From: an uncultured bacterium | GTDB taxonomy: Bacteria > UBP14 > UBA6098 | Length of the DNA stretch: 64,000 nt | NCBI GenBank assembly: GCA_964459995.1 | Contig: CAYWOR010000001.1 | Location: 145,328-209,327, forward strand | Direction: 5' to 3' | Shown: positions 45,290 to 55,290 of the stretch, one piece after another | Numbering within the stretch: the stretch's first letter is position 1 | Layout: the number at the start of each line of letters is the position of its first letter | The notes under the pieces: generated by a model | The model's input: only the letters and a program-made list of their open reading frames with translations | What the model was told of the DNA's origin: nothing | Databases searched by the model: none | Position numbers and translations under genes: made by a program

Positions 45290-45749
45290 GATGTTTAAGC
45301 ATTTCGTAATCCTCGTCGGAAAGGTCTCTAAGCTTCTGTGCTGGGACTCCGGCGACGAGAGTGTGCGGCTTGATCTTTTTTCCGGGCGGAATAAGCGCTC
45401 CCGCGCCGACAACCGCTCCGGTTCCGATAACCGCGCCGTCGAGAACAATGGCACCCATTCCGATAAGACAGCGGTCTTCGATTGTGCATGCGTGCAAAAC
45501 CGCGCCGTGTCCCACTGTAACATCCTCGCCGATTATCACAGGGGTGTTAGAATCGACATGGACTGCGCAGAGGTCTTGAATGTTGGATCTCGCGCCGATT
45601 TCGATGTAATTAATATCGCCGCGAAGAACCGAACCATACCATACAGAAGCGTCCTCTGCGATTCTGACATCGCCGATAATCTCCGCACTTTCCGCGACAA
45701 AAGCGGAGCTGTGAACCGATGGGGCTTTGTCTTCAAAATGCATTTCCAT
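45243..45749 (-). CDS. Gamma-carbonic anhydrase / hexapeptide-repeat (LbH) family protein (168 aa)
   Basis: AGGAG RBS. Left-handed beta-helix hexapeptide repeats and a conserved His triad context (VWYGSVLRGD ... IGEDVTVGHGAVLHACTI ... GMGAIVLDGAVIG). Confidence 0.85.
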   Translation of the reverse strand: MEMHFEDKAPSVHSSAFVAESAEIIGDVRIAEDASVWYGSVLRGDINYIEIGARSNIQDLCAVHVDSNTPVIIGEDVTVGHGAVLHACTIEDRCLIGMGAIVLDGAVIGTGAVVGAGALIPPGKKIKPHTLVAGVPAQKLRDLSDEDYEMLKHHAEAYVKYAHRHKKI

Positions 45750-46211
45750 TTATTCTCCTAAGAAACCTTCCGGTTCGATGCGTCTAAGCCTTTCGTCGAG
45801 ACGGCGTCTTTGCTCGTTGGATTCATCCGCGCTGATAAGCGGGATTTCCTCCGATGCGAAAATAGGTGCGTCCATGCGAAGAGCGAGGGCTATGGAATCG
45901 GAGGGGCGGGCATCGATGACGATAAGCTCGTCCCCTTTCTGCAGATAAAGAAGCGCGTAGTAAATGCTATCGACGAGAGATGTAATAACGACGCGGGTTA
46001 GTTTAGTATTAAGGCCGAGAAGCATGGTTGCGGTGAGGTCGTGGGTCATCGGTCTGCGAGAGGTTCTGTTCGACAGTTTCATTGCAATGGCGAGGGCCTC
46101 CATATTGCCGATCCATATAGGAAGGACCTCGTGCTCGACCGTTTCAAGAAGAATAACAATATCGTTTGTCTTCGTGTCGATAGCGAGTGTGTCGATTGTC
46201 AGAAGATTCAT
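45750..46211 (-). CDS. Bifunctional nuclease (BFN/DUF151 DNase-RNase) family protein (153 aa)
   Basis: NDIVILLETVEHEVLPIWIGNMEALAIAMKL...RPMTHDL matches the BFN-domain core. Its ATGA start overlaps the upstream gene. Confidence 0.7.
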   Translation of the reverse strand: MNLLTIDTLAIDTKTNDIVILLETVEHEVLPIWIGNMEALAIAMKLSNRTSRRPMTHDLTATMLLGLNTKLTRVVITSLVDSIYYALLYLQKGDELIVIDARPSDSIALALRMDAPIFASEEIPLISADESNEQRRRLDERLRRIEPEGFLGE

Positions 46212-46882
46212 CTCATAGTCACCGATGCTATTAATCCAAGTCCGAGCGCTAATGCCCAGTTAATGGGAGTATGCCCCGGCTTGTTGCCTTTTGCCCAAAA
46301 GACTATTCTTGGGACTATCATCAATCCGGCCAATAAGAACCATCCCTGGGCGACTCCAGCCACGAAAAGTCCGAGTCTCTCGAGCATCCCAAGTTTGTTT
46401 TTTGACGCGCCCATTCCGGTATTTGGCAGAACATCGACGCCAGTGAACTCGGCGTGGCCTAAGTTAACAAATATCGGCACCGCCCAAACCGCCAGAACGC
46501 CGAGCGCGATGGGCAGATTCGCCGGTTCGTAAATCATCGGGCGAAAACGAAGAAGATAGGCGGCGAATATCAAACTCGAGATATGCAACATCTGATCAGC
46601 CAGAAAAAGTGAGAGCGTATCTCTGCCTATCTTCCTCGTCAACGCGGACTTTCCCCAGTCGAGAAGACCATGGAATACAGTCAGCCCCGCTAAGACCATA
46701 GGAAGCTCGTAAAACCGCCCGATATATTGGCGGCACATCACTGTCGCCGTCAATCCAAAGAGGACGGCGTGAATTATAAGCCCGCCCGCCTTGCGTTTTG
46801 CCGCGATAAGATAATCGGGCTGAAGCGGAAAATCCGCTATCACATGTGCGAGCAGAAGCCTCCATAGAAGCGAGGCGTTCAC
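46208..46882 (-). CDS. DUF3307-like membrane protein (224 aa; GTG start)
   Basis: N-terminus LLWRLLLAHVIADFPLQPDYL, then a hydrophobic C-terminal half. GTG at 46880-46882 (the upstream in-frame ATG hits a stop). Confidence 0.55.
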   Translation of the reverse strand: MNASLLWRLLLAHVIADFPLQPDYLIAAKRKAGGLIIHAVLFGLTATVMCRQYIGRFYELPMVLAGLTVFHGLLDWGKSALTRKIGRDTLSLFLADQMLHISSLIFAAYLLRFRPMIYEPANLPIALGVLAVWAVPIFVNLGHAEFTGVDVLPNTGMGASKNKLGMLERLGLFVAGVAQGWFLLAGLMIVPRIVFWAKGNKPGHTPINWALALGLGLIASVTMR

Positions 46883-46889
46883 GAATTCA

Positions 46890-47333
46890 TCAGGCGCCGA
46901 CTACCCAGACTCTAATCTGCGGCTTGACTTCGGCGTGTAGTTTTATTTCGACATTATAGACGCCCAGCTGTTTGATAGGCTCTTCCAGCTGAATCGTCTT
47001 TCTCTCGATATTAAACCCTTTGGCTCGAAGGGCATCCAGTATCATATGCTGAGTAACAGCGCCGTAGATTTTGTCGTCTTCGCCAACCTGAACTGGGATA
47101 TCGATGCTGAGGCCTTCGAGGCTCTCGGCGAGAGTTGCAAGATTTCTCTTGCGACGTTCTTCGCGGTTGGCTTTGGCGGATTTTATCTGTTCCACACGCG
47201 CCATATTTTCACGTGTTGCGGCAACGGCGAGTTTTTTTGGGATTAGAAAATTTCGTGCGTATCCGTCTTTCACCTCGACAATTTCGCCGGCAGGACCCAG
47301 ATTAACGATGTCTTCGGTAAGAATGATTTTCAT
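46890..47333 (-). CDS. rplI: 50S ribosomal protein L9
   Basis: MKIILTEDIVNLGPAGEIVEVKDGYARNFLIPKKLA is the canonical L9 N-domain. GGAGGG RBS. Confidence 0.95.
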   Translation of the reverse strand: MKIILTEDIVNLGPAGEIVEVKDGYARNFLIPKKLAVAATRENMARVEQIKSAKANREERRKRNLATLAESLEGLSIDIPVQVGEDDKIYGAVTQHMILDALRAKGFNIERKTIQLEEPIKQLGVYNVEIKLHAEVKPQIRVWVVGA

Positions 47334-47345
47334 CGTAATACCCTC

Positions 47346-47606
47346 CTACCTGTAAATTTCGACGGTGAAAGGAACCAGAGCGATGAAACGTGCCCGTTTG
47401 ATTTCTTTCGCGATGCGTCTTTGGTGTTTGTTGCAGGTTCCGCTGATTCTTTTGGCTACGATTTTTCCGCGATCCGATAAATACTTTTTCATCAGCTCGA
47501 CATTTTTGTAGTCGATAGGGACCTGAGGATTATCGCAGAAGTAGCAGAACCTCTTCTTACCGAAGCGGTGGAATCTCCGCTTACTAACCTTCCGTTGTTG
47601 TGCCAC
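47346..47606 (-). CDS. rpsR: 30S ribosomal protein S18 (GTG start)
   Basis: The track ORF extends to 47651. The GTG at 47604-47606 is preceded by AAGGAGGTG and gives (M)AQQRKVSKRRFHRFGKKRFCYFCD... S18 signature. Confidence 0.9.
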   Translation of the reverse strand: MAQQRKVSKRRFHRFGKKRFCYFCDNPQVPIDYKNVELMKKYLSDRGKIVAKRISGTCNKHQRRIAKEIKRARFIALVPFTVEIYR

Positions 47607-47934
47607 TTTGCACCTCCTTGCCTTTGCGTTCCGGCATGTATTCATTAACAAGGATCATATGCCGGATGACATCTTCGCGTAGCCGAATAGCGTCGCGGAG
47701 TTTGTGTGGGGTTTCGCGGGGGGCGTCGAAATAGTAGAAGACGTAATACCCGCTCTTTTTTTTCTTGATTGGATAAGCGAAATCGCGCATTCCCCAAACA
47801 TCGGTGAGGACGATCTCGCCGCCGTGTGTAGCGACAAGCTTCTCGACATCTGCGACATGATTACGAATATCCGAATCCGCAATGTCGGCCGAGAAGATGG
47901 TCGCCATCTCGTAGGTCCTTTTTGGTTTTTCCAT
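47584..47934 (-). CDS. rpsF: 30S ribosomal protein S6
   Basis: MEKPKRTYEMATIFSADIADSD... is the S6 fold signature. GGAGG RBS. Its 3' end overlaps the rpsR start by 23 nt. No ssb/priB lies between. Confidence 0.9.
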   Translation of the reverse strand: MEKPKRTYEMATIFSADIADSDIRNHVADVEKLVATHGGEIVLTDVWGMRDFAYPIKKKKSGYYVFYYFDAPRETPHKLRDAIRLREDVIRHMILVNEYMPERKGKEVQSGTTTEG

Positions 47935-48012
47935 AGTTCCTCCTTTTGAACTTGGACCGCATTATGCGGGGCATGGGGAGGTCCATGCCGTTCTTTGTGT
48001 TGAATTTACAAA
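47935..48012 (-). ncRNA. Candidate structured rpsF 5'-leader (possible S6:S18 autoregulatory element)
   Basis: The minus-strand leader ...GGCAUGGaccuccCCAUGCC CCGCAUaaUGCGG UCC... forms nested hairpins (GGACC...GGUCC enclosing GGCAUGG/CCAUGCC and CCGCAU/AUGCGG with a CCG element) just before the RBS. Confidence 0.35.
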
Positions 48013-48018
48013 CTTCAC

Positions 48019-48046
48019 AATATAATATAGAGTTCCAATTTTGCAA
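48019..48046 (-). promoter_or_regulatory. Sigma70-like promoter for rpsF-rpsR-rplI (minus strand: TTGCAA-16/17-TATATT)
   Basis: Minus strand: TTGCAAaattggaactctatatTATATTgtgaag, about 90 nt upstream of the rpsF ATG. Confidence 0.55.
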
Positions 48047-48307
48047 CCTTTTTCCCCGAAAAAAATAGCCCTACAGAAAATTTTTCTTAATAGAGCTACA
48101 TACAGGCTATTTTGCGTCGATTCTGTTTTGAAAAAGATCAGGAGCGAACACAACATATTGGGAGCTATTTTTTGTTTTTTTACGAAAAGTTTCGCGGTCG
48201 ATGCAAATGTTTAGTGCGTTACCAAGTGCTCGAATCGAAACGCAGTTCGGTTTTATGGGAAATCCACGCTAAAGTTGTCGATCCGGAAATAGCTGAATCG
48301 CTAAATC

Positions 48308-50350
48308 TTATTTAATCAGCAAAGGCGCGAGCACGAGGCTGACTACGCTCATGAGTTTTATGAGGATGTTCAGCGAAGGCCCCGATGTGTCTTTGAAGGG
48401 GTCACCGATAGTATCTCCCACGATTGCGGCGTTGTGTGCTTCTGAGCCTTTTCCTCCGCAATGTCCCTGTTCGACATATTTTTTTGCGTTATCCCATGCT
48501 CCACCGGCATTTGCCATGAAAAGCGCTAGCATAACCCCGGAACTTGTCGCGCCCGCCAACATTCCACCGAGAGCTTCTTTGCCAAGCACAAAACCCATTA
48601 CCACCGGCGCCATCACCGCGATAATACCCGGAAGAATCATCTCGCGAAGAGCGGCTCGTGTGGAGATGTCGATACAGCTTCGAATATCGGGATTAGCTGT
48701 TCCTTCTCGAAGACCAGCGATTTCGCGGAATTGCCTGCGAACCTCTTTGACCATTTGGAAAGCCGCGCGCCCGACAGAGCGAAGAGTTAGGCTTGAGATG
48801 AAAAATGGAATCGCGCCGCCGATAAGCACGCCGATAACCACAATCGGCTTTGTGAGGTCGATGGATGTAAGCCCCGCCGATACCGAATAGGCGGAGAACA
48901 GCGCAAGCGCTGTCAGTGCGGCGCTTCCGATTGCAAAACCTTTGCCCATGGCGGCGGTTGTGTTTCCGAGGGCGTCGAGGCTGTCGGTAATTTTGCGAAC
49001 ATCCTCGCCAAGCCCCGCCATTTCAGTGATTCCGCCGGCATTATCCGCGATTGGACCGTAGGCGTCAACACTCATGGTGATGCCCACCGTGGCAAGCATG
49101 CCCACAGCCGCGATGCCTATGCCATAAAGACCTGACAGGAAATAGCTGACATAAATTGCAATTGCGATAGCAATTATCGGAAGTGCTGTCGATTCCATGC
49201 CGACCGCGAGCCCAGTGATGACATTTGTTGCGGGGCCGGTTTCGCTGGATTTAGCTATCTGTCTGATTGGGGCTTTGCTCGTATAATACTCGGCGATAAT
49301 TCCAATCGCCATGCCCGCAACAGTTCCCACCAGCATCGACCAGAAAACATTTGGGTGAAGCCCGAAGGAGCGGACGGCAATAAAAGCGCCGACGAAAAGC
49401 AGAAGATTAGCGAGATAGTTGCTCCATCGCAAAGCTCCTGCCGGCGAGGTTTTCTCGATCACTCGCAGGAAAATTATACCAATAAGACTTCCGATAAGCC
49501 CGATTGCCGCGACAGTGATTGGGAAAGCCATATACGCAAGACGGTCGAGGCCGATAAGGCTCATAACAACGTTGCTTCCGCTTAATCCAGAGATTATCGG
49601 CATCGAGGCGGTCGCCGCAATGGAGATTGTCGCGATTATCGCTCCGACATAGCTCTCGAAAATATCCGCGCCCATTCCTGCGACATCACCGACATTATCG
49701 CCGACATTATCCGCGATAGTCGCAGGGTTACGATGGTCGTCTTCGGGAATGTTTTCTTCGAGTTTTCCGACGAGGTCAGCGCCAACATCGGCGGTTTTCG
49801 TGTATATCCCACCGCCGACCCTTGCGAATAGCGCTATCGAGCTTGCCCCCATCGCGAAGCCGTTGATTATGACGGATGTAGTCGGATTTTTACCGAAGAA
49901 CATAAACAGAATTCCGACTCCCAGAAGTCCCAGTGCCGCTACTGAAAGCCCCATTACACTTCCGCCGAAGAAGGCGATTCTCAGCGCCATGCCCTGGCCT
50001 TTGGTTTTGGCCGCCCAGCTTGTGCGGACATTGGCTCGTGTTGCCGAGGTCATGCCGAACCAACCGGCGAGGATACTGCATATCGCCCCTGCGAGGAATG
50101 AAATGGCGGTGTAAATCCCCAATTTCGGCACAGATGAACTTTTTAGTAGGAAGGCAAGCAAAAGGAAGATTATGACAACAAAAATCGCGAGCACGGAATA
50201 CTCGCGTTTGAGGAATACAATCGCGCCTTCATAAATCTGGTCTGAGATAATGTTCATCCGCTCGTTGCCGTTGGGTTGTTTCTTTACGTAGATATAAATT
50301 AGTGCGGCAACGATTAACCCGATAATTCCAATTATTGGTGCATGCAACAT
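48308..50350 (-). CDS. hppA: Membrane-bound proton/sodium-translocating pyrophosphatase (680 aa)
   Basis: GGAGG RBS. About 16 TM. Diagnostic V-PPase motifs ([25 protein letters not shown]). Confidence 0.95.
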   Translation of the reverse strand: MLHAPIIGIIGLIVAALIYIYVKKQPNGNERMNIISDQIYEGAIVFLKREYSVLAIFVVIIFLLLAFLLKSSSVPKLGIYTAISFLAGAICSILAGWFGMTSATRANVRTSWAAKTKGQGMALRIAFFGGSVMGLSVAALGLLGVGILFMFFGKNPTTSVIINGFAMGASSIALFARVGGGIYTKTADVGADLVGKLEENIPEDDHRNPATIADNVGDNVGDVAGMGADIFESYVGAIIATISIAATASMPIISGLSGSNVVMSLIGLDRLAYMAFPITVAAIGLIGSLIGIIFLRVIEKTSPAGALRWSNYLANLLLFVGAFIAVRSFGLHPNVFWSMLVGTVAGMAIGIIAEYYTSKAPIRQIAKSSETGPATNVITGLAVGMESTALPIIAIAIAIYVSYFLSGLYGIGIAAVGMLATVGITMSVDAYGPIADNAGGITEMAGLGEDVRKITDSLDALGNTTAAMGKGFAIGSAALTALALFSAYSVSAGLTSIDLTKPIVVIGVLIGGAIPFFISSLTLRSVGRAAFQMVKEVRRQFREIAGLREGTANPDIRSCIDISTRAALREMILPGIIAVMAPVVMGFVLGKEALGGMLAGATSSGVMLALFMANAGGAWDNAKKYVEQGHCGGKGSEAHNAAIVGDTIGDPFKDTSGPSLNILIKLMSVVSLVLAPLLIK

Positions 50351-50970
50351 TATTCCTCCGTAGTAGGGCCATAGCCCTTTGATCCATTAGCTTCTTCGTC
50401 TTTTTTTCGATTGTGGACATTCATAGCACGGTCGATGCCATCTCGGACGGCGATTTCGACAGCGCTCATGCAGTCCGCGAGAACATTTGGAAGGTCTTTT
50501 CTTTCCTCCGGCGAGAATCGAGAGAGCACAAAATCCGCCGGGTCGATACCTGCGGGTGGTTCTCCGATTCCGACTCGAAGGCGCGGGATGTCCTTTGTCC
50601 CGAGGCGGTCGATGATGTCGGTTAGGCCGTTGTGGCTCCCTGCGGAACCGGATTTTCGGATTCTCAGCCAGCCAAAGGGCAGGTCGAAATCATCCAGCAC
50701 AACGAGAATCTCCTCCGGACGAAGCCCTTCCTGTTCGACAATTCGCCTTACCGCGATTCCAGAACGGTTCATATAGGTCGTGGGCACTGCCAGCAGGACA
50801 ACATCGCCCTTTATGTTCGCTTTTCCAAGATAAAAAGACCCTTTACCGAGCTTGAGTTTTGCCCGATACCTTTCGCCCAACCCCTCTATCACCATGAATC
50901 CAATATTATGGCGGGTTTCGGCGTATTCACTCCCCGGATTGCCGAGGCCGATTACACATCGAATAGGCAC
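50350..50970 (-). CDS. pth: Peptidyl-tRNA hydrolase (GTG start)
   Basis: (M)[24 protein letters not shown] ... [16 protein letters not shown]... Pth signature. Its stop overlaps the hppA start by 1 nt. Confidence 0.9.
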   Translation of the reverse strand: MPIRCVIGLGNPGSEYAETRHNIGFMVIEGLGERYRAKLKLGKGSFYLGKANIKGDVVLLAVPTTYMNRSGIAVRRIVEQEGLRPEEILVVLDDFDLPFGWLRIRKSGSAGSHNGLTDIIDRLGTKDIPRLRVGIGEPPAGIDPADFVLSRFSPEERKDLPNVLADCMSAVEIAVRDGIDRAMNVHNRKKDEEANGSKGYGPTTEE

Positions 50971-51086
50971 AGCGGTTTTAATAAAAAAATGATGTGTCTT
51001 TTGTCAAGTTAAAACCTAACAGTCGAAAAGTTTAGTCAAAATTAGAGCCGGCCCTAAGACCGGCTCCAAATGAATAGCCCTATACC

Positions 51087-54000
51087 TTATTTTATAAGGA
51101 CGAGTCGTGACTGAGTTTGCCTTCCGCCACATTTGAGCACGGCGAAATAAACGCCGCTCGGCATCTCGACCAAATCGGAGGACATGCCGTCCCAAACAGC
51201 GCTGAATTTCCCCGCCGAAACAATTTCGTCGGCGAGATTCACGATATGTCTGCCGTTGATATCGTAGATATCGAGCTTGATTTTGCCGGGCATATCGATG
51301 TCCAGTGTGAGTTTACAGCTCGAGTTGAAGGGGTTCGGCGACACATGAAGCGCGATTTCGTTTGGAAGCTCAGCGCCTTTTTCCTCTACAATCGGCGGGT
51401 TTGGCGGATTGTAGCTCTCATCGAGAAGGAAATTCACGATTGCGGTAAGCACGTGCATTCTCGTCGAAGGCGAAGAGGGGGAATTCGAATCGATCATCGA
51501 GCCGATATAGACGCTTGACAACACGGTGCGATAGTTGTGCAACCTGCGATAAACCATGCGCAACGGGCTGGAAATCGGCGGCGGGCTGTCCTGAGAGAAC
51601 ATTGCCCAGTTGGTGCCCTCGATGCTCGTGTCGTTGTCCCACTCATCGATTCTGTGATCGGCGGCGCTCATATAGTGGTATTCCATGTCGATAGCGCCGG
51701 TTCTGAAGAAAGAGGTATCCTCGCCGCGAATCCGCGAAACGTTGCCACTCGATGCGGGATAGCCATCCTCCACGAACGCCGCGCCGAAGAGGTTAAATAA
51801 TCTCCTGCGCTGATCCGAGGCCATCACCGAGCCGAAATCGTAGCCGAAATCAGCGCCCTCGCAATAGACCCTTCCGCCGGCGGCGATATAGGTCGCTAAT
51901 CTGTTGACACTCTGGAAGTTCGGCAATGTGTTGTTGGCATCATCGATGCCATTGACCATAAACACAGCGCGGTATTTGAAGAGGTCGTAGGAGTTGATGT
52001 TCTGATCCTGAGTAGTCTTTATTATTCTAAGGTCGCTGAAGGCGTTCAGATAGTCGTAAAGGAATTGGTCTTCAGGGCTATCTCCGCCATTAGCGAGAAG
52101 AGCGCTGTTATCGAAATCCCAAATGAGTATATCGGGATAGGTCGAATCGGGGTTCATCCAAACCAATACCGGCCCGACTTTTTCGCTTTCGCCGAGGTCA
52201 TACACTGCCGAAACAAGATAGTTATATGGCAGGTAATTCGTTCTGCCCCATTCCACGAAGGCCGAATAGGGGTCAACCACGAACCCAACCAAAGTATCGT
52301 CTGAGAAAACTACTCTGCGGTAAACATTGTAACCCATCAGAGTTCCGGAGCCGGGAGTGGGTGAGTCCCAATCGAGAACAGCACGGTTGGGATAGTTGCC
52401 ATGCCCTGTGAGATTGCGTGGAGGATTAAGCTCGCCGCTGATGAGCGAAAGACGAACATCCAAAGTGTCCTCCGGTTGTTCGAGAGCGAATTCGACATCG
52501 AGGGTAACATAGCTAACTCTCGAGAACCTGACTAGATAGGCATCGTAGGGAATCTCGACGAAATTGTAGCGTCCGCCAGCATTTGTGAAAGCGGGGGGGA
52601 TATCCGTGCCGACAAGCTCGACCATAGTTCCGGCGAGCATCGGTGGATCGCCTTCGAGAGTAACGGTTCCGACGAGATTGCCGATGTTGCGAATCAGGGT
52701 GAAATCTTCGGTATGCTCGAAATCTTCGACGAGGATGTTGCGAGTAACCGTTTGATAGAACCTCTTTGAAACCTCGATTATGTATTCGCCGAATGGGACT
52801 ATCTCGAATATGTATTCGCCGTCGATATCCGCGAAGGTTGTATCGTCGCCGAGAACAATCATCGTGCCCTCCGGCAAGCCGCCGTCTTCGCACTCGATCA
52901 CTCCGGAAACGCTTCCGAAGGCCGGCACGAGATAGGGGTCGTAGATGATATCTTCGTTAATTAGGATATAGGCCGTATCGGAGAGATATCCAACTGCGGA
53001 GGTTATAACCATGCGCTCCGATGTTGAATAGGGTATTTCACAAAGGTTATATTCGCCATCCGCGCCGGAGACGGTTTCTCCAACACCGACAACTTCGATA
53101 ACCGCGCCTTCGACGACGCCGTCATCGGTGAGAACCGTGCCGGAAAGGCAGAAATTCGGCGGCACACCGCGTGAGAAATGAATCAGCAGATTTCCGCCGC
53201 TGATGATGTCGATTCTGTCGGTGGTGCGCATATTCTGCCATGTGGTGTCTTCGGAGATAAGCCATGCGATATGGAAACTACCGTCCTCGGGCAACCCTTC
53301 GGGATTCCAGCTTATCCAGTTCACTCTGCCGCCGAGAGCGCTGATTCTGTTCAGCATTGCCGACCAATGAAGGTCGTATTCGAGCGAAGAGCGGATGTCC
53401 CTCGTGAGTTGGTTCCAGAGCGAATCTGGTGTTGTGAAGAAGCCATAGGGGACATCTCCCGGCACGGGCGGGGGCATCTGCTGGTCGAGGCCGTAGTCGA
53501 AATAGTCCGTGCCGTGCGGATCCGCGCCGAAAAATAGCTTGAAATGGCGAAGCGGTTCGCCGGGTTGGGAGGTCCAAACGATAAGAGAATCCATCCATGT
53601 CGGGGTAAGGAAATAGCCGGTAGTGAAATGCCAGTCATATTCTGTAACATTCGCGGGGTCGGCTAAGTCCGCCACCGTAATACTGCAATCGATTCTCGTC
53701 ATCGGCGGGAAATCATCGGGCGGAGTGTAGTTCACGAAGGTCGTTCCACTGGAGGCCGTAACCACGATGTCGTCGGTAACATCCTCGCCTCTGACCGTGA
53801 GGCTAATCGAGGAGATATCGATACCGCTCTCGGCGTCGGTCATGGCGACCTTTAGGCCGGTGGAAACCGCGACTCCGGTTTCGGAGTGTCCCGGAATCGT
53901 ATAAACAATTCTCGGGGCGGCGGTGTCGCCGGAAAGGCTGACGGTTTTTATCCATACCTGTCTGCCCGGGCCGAAACTGACATGATCGATTTCCCTCATG

Positions 54001-55196
54001 TCCTGCCATTCGTCGTCGGTGGGGTAGAAGGGCGGGAAGGTGTAAGCAACGAAGCACCCTTTATCCGAGGGCAGGCGATGCTCCTCCCATTTCACACCAA
54101 TAACCATATCGACATTCCCGAAATGGATATTCCATAAGTCCATAATCACCGACGCATTGTGAATGTCGCGTGTCAGCATATTATAGAAAGGATAACTCGG
54201 ATCGCTAAGCGGGAAATAGGAATAGAAAGCCGATGGCGGAGCGACCGGGAAAACGATGTCCAATCCCAAATCGAAGCCGTTCGATGCGGAAAGGTCAGCG
54301 CCGAGAGAAATCTGTTTGAAGGTCGTGTCGGTGCCGAGGGTGCTCGTTGTAAATGTAACGAGCGGAACTTCCCAAAGAACTGGCATAATTCCGTAACCGG
54401 TGCGAAAAGCTATTACATCGGTCGTTCTGTTCGCGGGGCTTGCGTTGTCCGAAGCACCGGCAATGACCGAAAACCAAGTTTCGCCTTCCAGAAATACCGG
54501 AGGTTCGTAGATTACTCTGTAACCATTGGCGATGGGGGTTAAGGAGAGCATCTCCGAAACATTCACGCCATTGACGGTGAGAGTAATCGAAGCCGGGTTT
54601 ATTCCGCTTCCGATGTCGGTAACATCGAACCGAATATCAGTGGTAACCGGGACGCCGGTGGTGCCATCGACCGGGTTCCAATTCGAGATGACCGGGTCGT
54701 CGCCGGGAAGGTAGCCATGCGGAATATGGACTATGTCCAGCACCTGCGAAGGCCAGAAAGATACCGTGCTTGTGGTCTTCATGTTTACCCACTCGGTAAC
54801 TTCGAGGCCGAGATAATGCGCGCCGAGGAAGAAATCCCCCGGCGGGAGCAGTTCGCTCGACCACACAGCGTGAAGTGGCGAGTAAAGCGAGTTCAGAACG
54901 GCTCTCCACATGACGCTGTCCTCGCTGTCTTCGCGGATATCGGTAGTAAGCTTATCGATGAATGGGTTCAGCGGGTCGCTGAGCGCGAAGTAGGCGTAGG
55001 GCGGCGACGGCGGAGCGATGGGCATTACGACATCCATATCGTCGTAGCCGTCCAGAGCGGCTGGATTCCTGCCGAAGGTGATGCTTAGCGTATCCGTGTT
55101 CGAGATGAGCCGGATATCCGTCTGCCAAGCCTCGGCCAGAGCGGTTCCCATCAGAATGACTGCAATAGAGCAGACAACAAATAATAATCTTCTCAT
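51087..55196 (-). CDS. Giant secreted T9SS cargo protein (1369 aa), paralogue of 7598..12364 and 55291..58947
   Basis: The track ORF (to 55385) is trimmed to the ATG at 55196 with a GGGGGAG RBS, giving the signal peptide MRRLLFVVCSIAVILMGTALAEA. Three GYD/GLD-type N-terminal modules, three CarbopepD_reg-like repeats, Fn3, the alpha/beta pre-CTD module and a T9SS CTD (LHVSPNPFNSSCKLTLDI...SGVYFAVLKCGGRQTQSRLVLIK). Confidence 0.85.
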   Translation of the reverse strand: MRRLLFVVCSIAVILMGTALAEAWQTDIRLISNTDTLSITFGRNPAALDGYDDMDVVMPIAPPSPPYAYFALSDPLNPFIDKLTTDIREDSEDSVMWRAVLNSLYSPLHAVWSSELLPPGDFFLGAHYLGLEVTEWVNMKTTSTVSFWPSQVLDIVHIPHGYLPGDDPVISNWNPVDGTTGVPVTTDIRFDVTDIGSGINPASITLTVNGVNVSEMLSLTPIANGYRVIYEPPVFLEGETWFSVIAGASDNASPANRTTDVIAFRTGYGIMPVLWEVPLVTFTTSTLGTDTTFKQISLGADLSASNGFDLGLDIVFPVAPPSAFYSYFPLSDPSYPFYNMLTRDIHNASVIMDLWNIHFGNVDMVIGVKWEEHRLPSDKGCFVAYTFPPFYPTDDEWQDMREIDHVSFGPGRQVWIKTVSLSGDTAAPRIVYTIPGHSETGVAVSTGLKVAMTDAESGIDISSISLTVRGEDVTDDIVVTASSGTTFVNYTPPDDFPPMTRIDCSITVADLADPANVTEYDWHFTTGYFLTPTWMDSLIVWTSQPGEPLRHFKLFFGADPHGTDYFDYGLDQQMPPPVPGDVPYGFFTTPDSLWNQLTRDIRSSLEYDLHWSAMLNRISALGGRVNWISWNPEGLPEDGSFHIAWLISEDTTWQNMRTTDRIDIISGGNLLIHFSRGVPPNFCLSGTVLTDDGVVEGAVIEVVGVGETVSGADGEYNLCEIPYSTSERMVITSAVGYLSDTAYILINEDIIYDPYLVPAFGSVSGVIECEDGGLPEGTMIVLGDDTTFADIDGEYIFEIVPFGEYIIEVSKRFYQTVTRNILVEDFEHTEDFTLIRNIGNLVGTVTLEGDPPMLAGTMVELVGTDIPPAFTNAGGRYNFVEIPYDAYLVRFSRVSYVTLDVEFALEQPEDTLDVRLSLISGELNPPRNLTGHGNYPNRAVLDWDSPTPGSGTLMGYNVYRRVVFSDDTLVGFVVDPYSAFVEWGRTNYLPYNYLVSAVYDLGESEKVGPVLVWMNPDSTYPDILIWDFDNSALLANGGDSPEDQFLYDYLNAFSDLRIIKTTQDQNINSYDLFKYRAVFMVNGIDDANNTLPNFQSVNRLATYIAAGGRVYCEGADFGYDFGSVMASDQRRRLFNLFGAAFVEDGYPASSGNVSRIRGEDTSFFRTGAIDMEYHYMSAADHRIDEWDNDTSIEGTNWAMFSQDSPPPISSPLRMVYRRLHNYRTVLSSVYIGSMIDSNSPSSPSTRMHVLTAIVNFLLDESYNPPNPPIVEEKGAELPNEIALHVSPNPFNSSCKLTLDIDMPGKIKLDIYDINGRHIVNLADEIVSAGKFSAVWDGMSSDLVEMPSGVYFAVLKCGGRQTQSRLVLIK

Positions 55197-55245
55197 ATCT
55201 CCCCCTTGAATAGGGCCAAATGAGTGAATGATGAACAACAAAACA

Positions 55246-55282
55246 TTCAAAAAAGGGAGCCTTCGTTGGCAAAGGCTCCCTG
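55246..55282 (-). terminator. Rho-independent terminator on the minus strand (GGGAGCCTTtgccaacgAAGGCTCCCTTTTTTGAATG) after 55291..58947
   Basis: 9-bp stem and a T-tract, read on the minus strand, between the two tandem giant genes. Confidence 0.85.
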
Positions 55283-55290
55283 AAGAAAGA

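Noticed and set aside
48001-48029. Plus-strand promoter-like TTGAAT-17-TAATAT in the rpsF upstream region
   Set aside because: There is no plus-strand gene downstream (hppA is on the minus strand). The match is the reverse face of the palindromic AT-rich rpsF promoter region. A short antisense transcript is possible but unsupported.
48047-48307. 260-bp gene-free gap downstream of hppA with the imperfect inverted repeat AAATAGCC...GGCTATTT; considered for a tRNA or small RNA
   Set aside because: No cloverleaf-compatible arms or conserved tRNA boxes are visible by eye, and no clean terminator. It is probably the hppA 3' UTR plus the rpsF promoter. It would need a tRNAscan/Rfam scan to exclude fully.
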